From contig CM059453.1 in the NCBI GenBank assembly GCA_030390025.1, positions 3,658,001 to 3,722,000 on the forward strand: a stretch of DNA of 64,000 nucleotides, in the 5' to 3' direction. This document shows positions 60,863 through 64,000 of this stretch, in pieces (within the stretch, counting starts at the first letter, position 1; each line of letters starts with the position of its first letter). Under the pieces are notes generated by a model that had not been told where the DNA came from, made no database searches, and was given only the letters and a program-made list of their open reading frames with translations. Source of the DNA: Squalus acanthias. Lineage: Eukaryota. Position numbers and translations under genes: made by a program.

Positions 60863-63855
60863 GAAATCTCCACTTACCCTTCTCTGCTCTACGGAGAACA
60901 AACCCTGCTTCTCTCTACTCGCCACGTAACTGAAGTCTTGCATCGCTGCCGAAAGACTCAGAGCAGTGAAAGAAACACACCTACCCTTTGCACCTCAAAT
61001 ATGTCCAAACTGTGAGGTGACGTTCCTTCAGTGAAGTGCCTATAACCTCACTTGCTCATGAATAAAAGGGGGAAAGTAAACTCACTGGCTTCCCGATTTG
61101 CACCAGCCCGCCCGTGGGTCTCAGATGGAATACCGGCCAGGTCCCATTTACATCCTGCGGATAACTGCTGGCTACAAAAAACAACAACTTGCATTAATGT
61201 AGCGCCTCAAACGTAGTAAAACGTCACGGAAGCGTTATCAAATATAATTTGACACCGAGCCACTTAAGGAGATATTTGGGCAGATGTCCAAAGGCTTGGT
61301 CAAAGTAAATGTTAAGGAGCGTCTTAAATGAGGAGAGAGAGGTGGAGAAGCGGATAGGGAGGGCATTTCAGAAATAGGGCCGAGGCAGCTGAAAGTACGG
61401 TCGCCAATGGTGGAGCGAAGGGGATTGGAGATGCACAAGAGGTTAAAATTGGAGGAGCGCAGAGATCTCGGAGGTTTGTAGGGCTGGAGGAGGTTAGTGA
61501 GATAGGGAGTGGCGAGGCTACGGAGGGGTTTCAACAGAAGGATGAGAAAAGGCAGCTGGCCGACTGCTGTCAAGCGCAGAACGCGTGGCTTGGGCAGCAA
61601 TCAGGAAAGTGGGGTGGGGGTTGGGGAAGGGGAGAAGTACTGGGGCATTCGAGGTTTGATTTTCGTTTTGGGGCCAATGGAAACACTCCTAATCCAGATG
61701 GTCAGATAAGTTCAAAACTTTTCTTTTCGTTCCTTTCCTGATACATTTTACTAAATGGGTCCATACACCTCGTAGTACCCAGATTAGCATATTAATGAGG
61801 TGACTACCCGAGTCAATGTCCGCCTGAGCGCCTGCAAAATGCAAGGGGGGTGGGGGGCATCTGCTTCGGGGCGGAATTTGAAGCAGAGAGAGTCGCTCGA
61901 TTTTAACTCCTGTTCCTTTCGGTTTCCGCCCGGCGGAGTGAGCTAAAATTCCCACTAAATCTAAGATGAGCGTCGACGCGTGGAGAACCAGTTTCTAAAC
62001 CGATGCTCTGTTTCACATTCCCCTTGGCAAACGCACGTATCTGTATCAGTCCAGATAAACACATATTTAAACAAGATGAGGACAAGGTGACCCTGAAGTG
62101 TTCGGTGATGGGATCTTATCCCACCTACTCCTGGAGCTATGGCGGGAAGCCTTTACCGGAAAACACACGGTATACACTTTCTGCCGAAAAAAGCAACCAA
62201 ACAATCAATCCCTTGAAAACAACCGATAACGGAGACTTCGTCTGTAACGGAACGAACATCGTGAACACTGTTGAGAGCCCAGCAGTCAAGTTAATGATCT
62301 ACGGTGAGAAAACTCATTTCTATTGTTAAATACTAACTATACATTATAATAGTTCTCAAACTGTCAACTGAATCTCCGGGAGCGAAATTCGACTGTGGTG
62401 GGATGTAAAACGGGCGGTATCGCATTGGCCGCCTGTTATGTGCTCCGCCAGATATCCGGTTCTATTGAAGCCATATTGAAGTGATACCGCCTGTTCTGCA
62501 TCCATGCCCAAATCTATTTTTTGTCCAGGGACATATCATTGAATGTGGCAAATTCTTATTCTTACTTCTGTAGTCCATCGAAATGTTTGGATACTATGAT
62601 TTCAATCTGCATGAATGTACTAGAACCGAAACTGCATATTTATCAAAGCGGCTAAGGGCATTAAACAGGGAGCGCAACAGAGACTGGATAAACTGACGGT
62701 GTTTGAAATAAGATGTATCTGGTATTCAATTGAGAGGTAAAATTGCAATGCAGTTTGGCAATGATAACTGTTAAATTATTGCACATGGGTTGAAAAGGGC
62801 GAGTAGACCTTGATCGGAATTGCTTTAGATCATTGAGCTGTAGGAAGACGCAGTACTGCCATCATCTCATTGATATGAAGCTGATTGGGGTGTGCACTGA
62901 TAGGAAGTGGTAGCACAACTTAGCCAACCAGTCCTGATTTGACACTTCAGTAGATATTGAAGGGGTCGGGGACCCCCTCTGGGAGACATTGTGCCAGAGC
63001 TTGGCTTCAAGGTTCAATAGAGATTTAATAGCGCTGTACAAAATTATGAAGAGTTTAGATCGAGTAAATATAGAGAAACTGTTTCTACTGGTAGCAGCGT
63101 GGGTAACCAGAGGTCACTGATTTAAAATAATTGGGAAATAACCAGATGAGGAGCTTTCTTTATGCAGCGTGTTGTAGTTATCTAGAATGCGCTGCCTGAA
63201 AGGGCGGTGGAAGCAGGTTCAATAATAACTTTCAAAAGGGAATTGGATATTAACTTGAAAAGGAAACAATTGCTGGGTTATGGGGAACGGGTAGGGGAGT
63301 GGGACTGAGTTCAAAGAGCCGGTACAGACACGATGGGCTGGATGGCCTCCTTCTGTGCTGTATCATTCAAAGACGTTATGTTTTATTCCAGGGTATATAT
63401 AACTCCAGCTATGTTTGAAACCAGATTTTACAAAACTGGTCAGCTGGTCTGGTGAAAATCTTGGTACCTTAACCATCGTGTCATTGAGGCTTCTTCGTCT
63501 TGTGAACGATGTCACTGCTGCTCACACTTCTCTAAAAGTATAAAGAGAAACGAGAGATGTGCGGGGCTGTCGGCTGCACTCTGAATTCTGCATCTACTGG
63601 TCTGAGACTGATGATCAAGTCAAACTGCAGCCTTAGAAAGAGCTCGCAGTGATGGACAGATTACTATAAATGTTGTGACGATTAAATAATTTGAATGGAT
63701 GCGATTTGCCAGAGGTGAGCATAGTGAGTATGTAGCAGAGTAGAGTTTGCAGTGAACTAGAGCGGCTGGTTAAGTATTAAGTTTTATTTATTGATTCATT
63801 GATTAGCTGTTAAAATATTACTGGATAACAAATCAGTGACTGGTGATGTGGAGTG
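60863..63855. repeat. Inverted segmental duplication, right arm
   Basis: Reverse complement of ~46631-49855. Confidence 0.93.
62019..62303 (+). pseudogene. Orphan paralog of Ig exon 2 with a destroyed acceptor
   Basis: Open 285 nt PLANARICISPDK...DNGDFVC...LMIY, donor TACG|gtgaga; acceptor reads tttcacAT where the paralog has tttcacAG. Confidence 0.88.
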
Positions 63856-64000
63856 CGGCTGCAGAGAACAGTATCTATCCCCCTGACTATATTGTCCCCT
63901 ACTACTGCCATATTCCTTCCTTCTCCCCCCAGTTGGATGGCCCCCTGTACCACAGTGCCGTGGTCAGTTTTCCCATTCTCCCTGCAGTCCTTTTCCTCAT

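Noticed and set aside
1-64000. CRISPR arrays, prokaryotic operons, tRNA or rRNA genes, RAG recombination signals
   Set aside because: The sequence is intron-containing vertebrate DNA. Short repeats are LINE tails or microsatellites, tRNA-like segments are SINE heads, and I noticed no heptamer-spacer-nonamer beside the IgV exon.

Overview
Eukaryotic, repeat-rich genomic DNA. The mix of CR1, Penelope, Deu-type SINE and Harbinger-like repeats is typical of a cartilaginous fish (shark); this is inferred from repeat content only. The window holds a minus-strand, multi-exon immunoglobulin-superfamily locus of CEACAM/VSIG10L-like type. (A) An ectodomain gene: 46-nt leader exon (52996-52951), a Cys-less IgV exon and seven open phase-1 Ig exons (48727 to 25207). 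Its leader donor reads CT instead of GT, and its IgV exon is split by a 742-bp MITE. (B) Two decayed CEACAM A/B-type exons (9356-7361). (C) An intact CEACAM1-like TM exon and four short cytoplasmic exons encoding TYENI plus a canonical ITAM (6008-2537). (D) A tandem duplicate of that TM/cytoplasmic cassette with no ectodomain of its own, running off the left end. A ~3-kb inverted duplication carries a splice-dead copy of one Ig exon on the + strand (62019-62303). Most remaining sequence is transposon-derived: two full-length CR1s, a near-intact CR1 ORF2, a Penelope element with a minimal hammerhead motif, three solo LTRs, SINEs and MITEs. There is one 136-nt N gap. Exon joins are read from splice signals and phase, not from transcript data.
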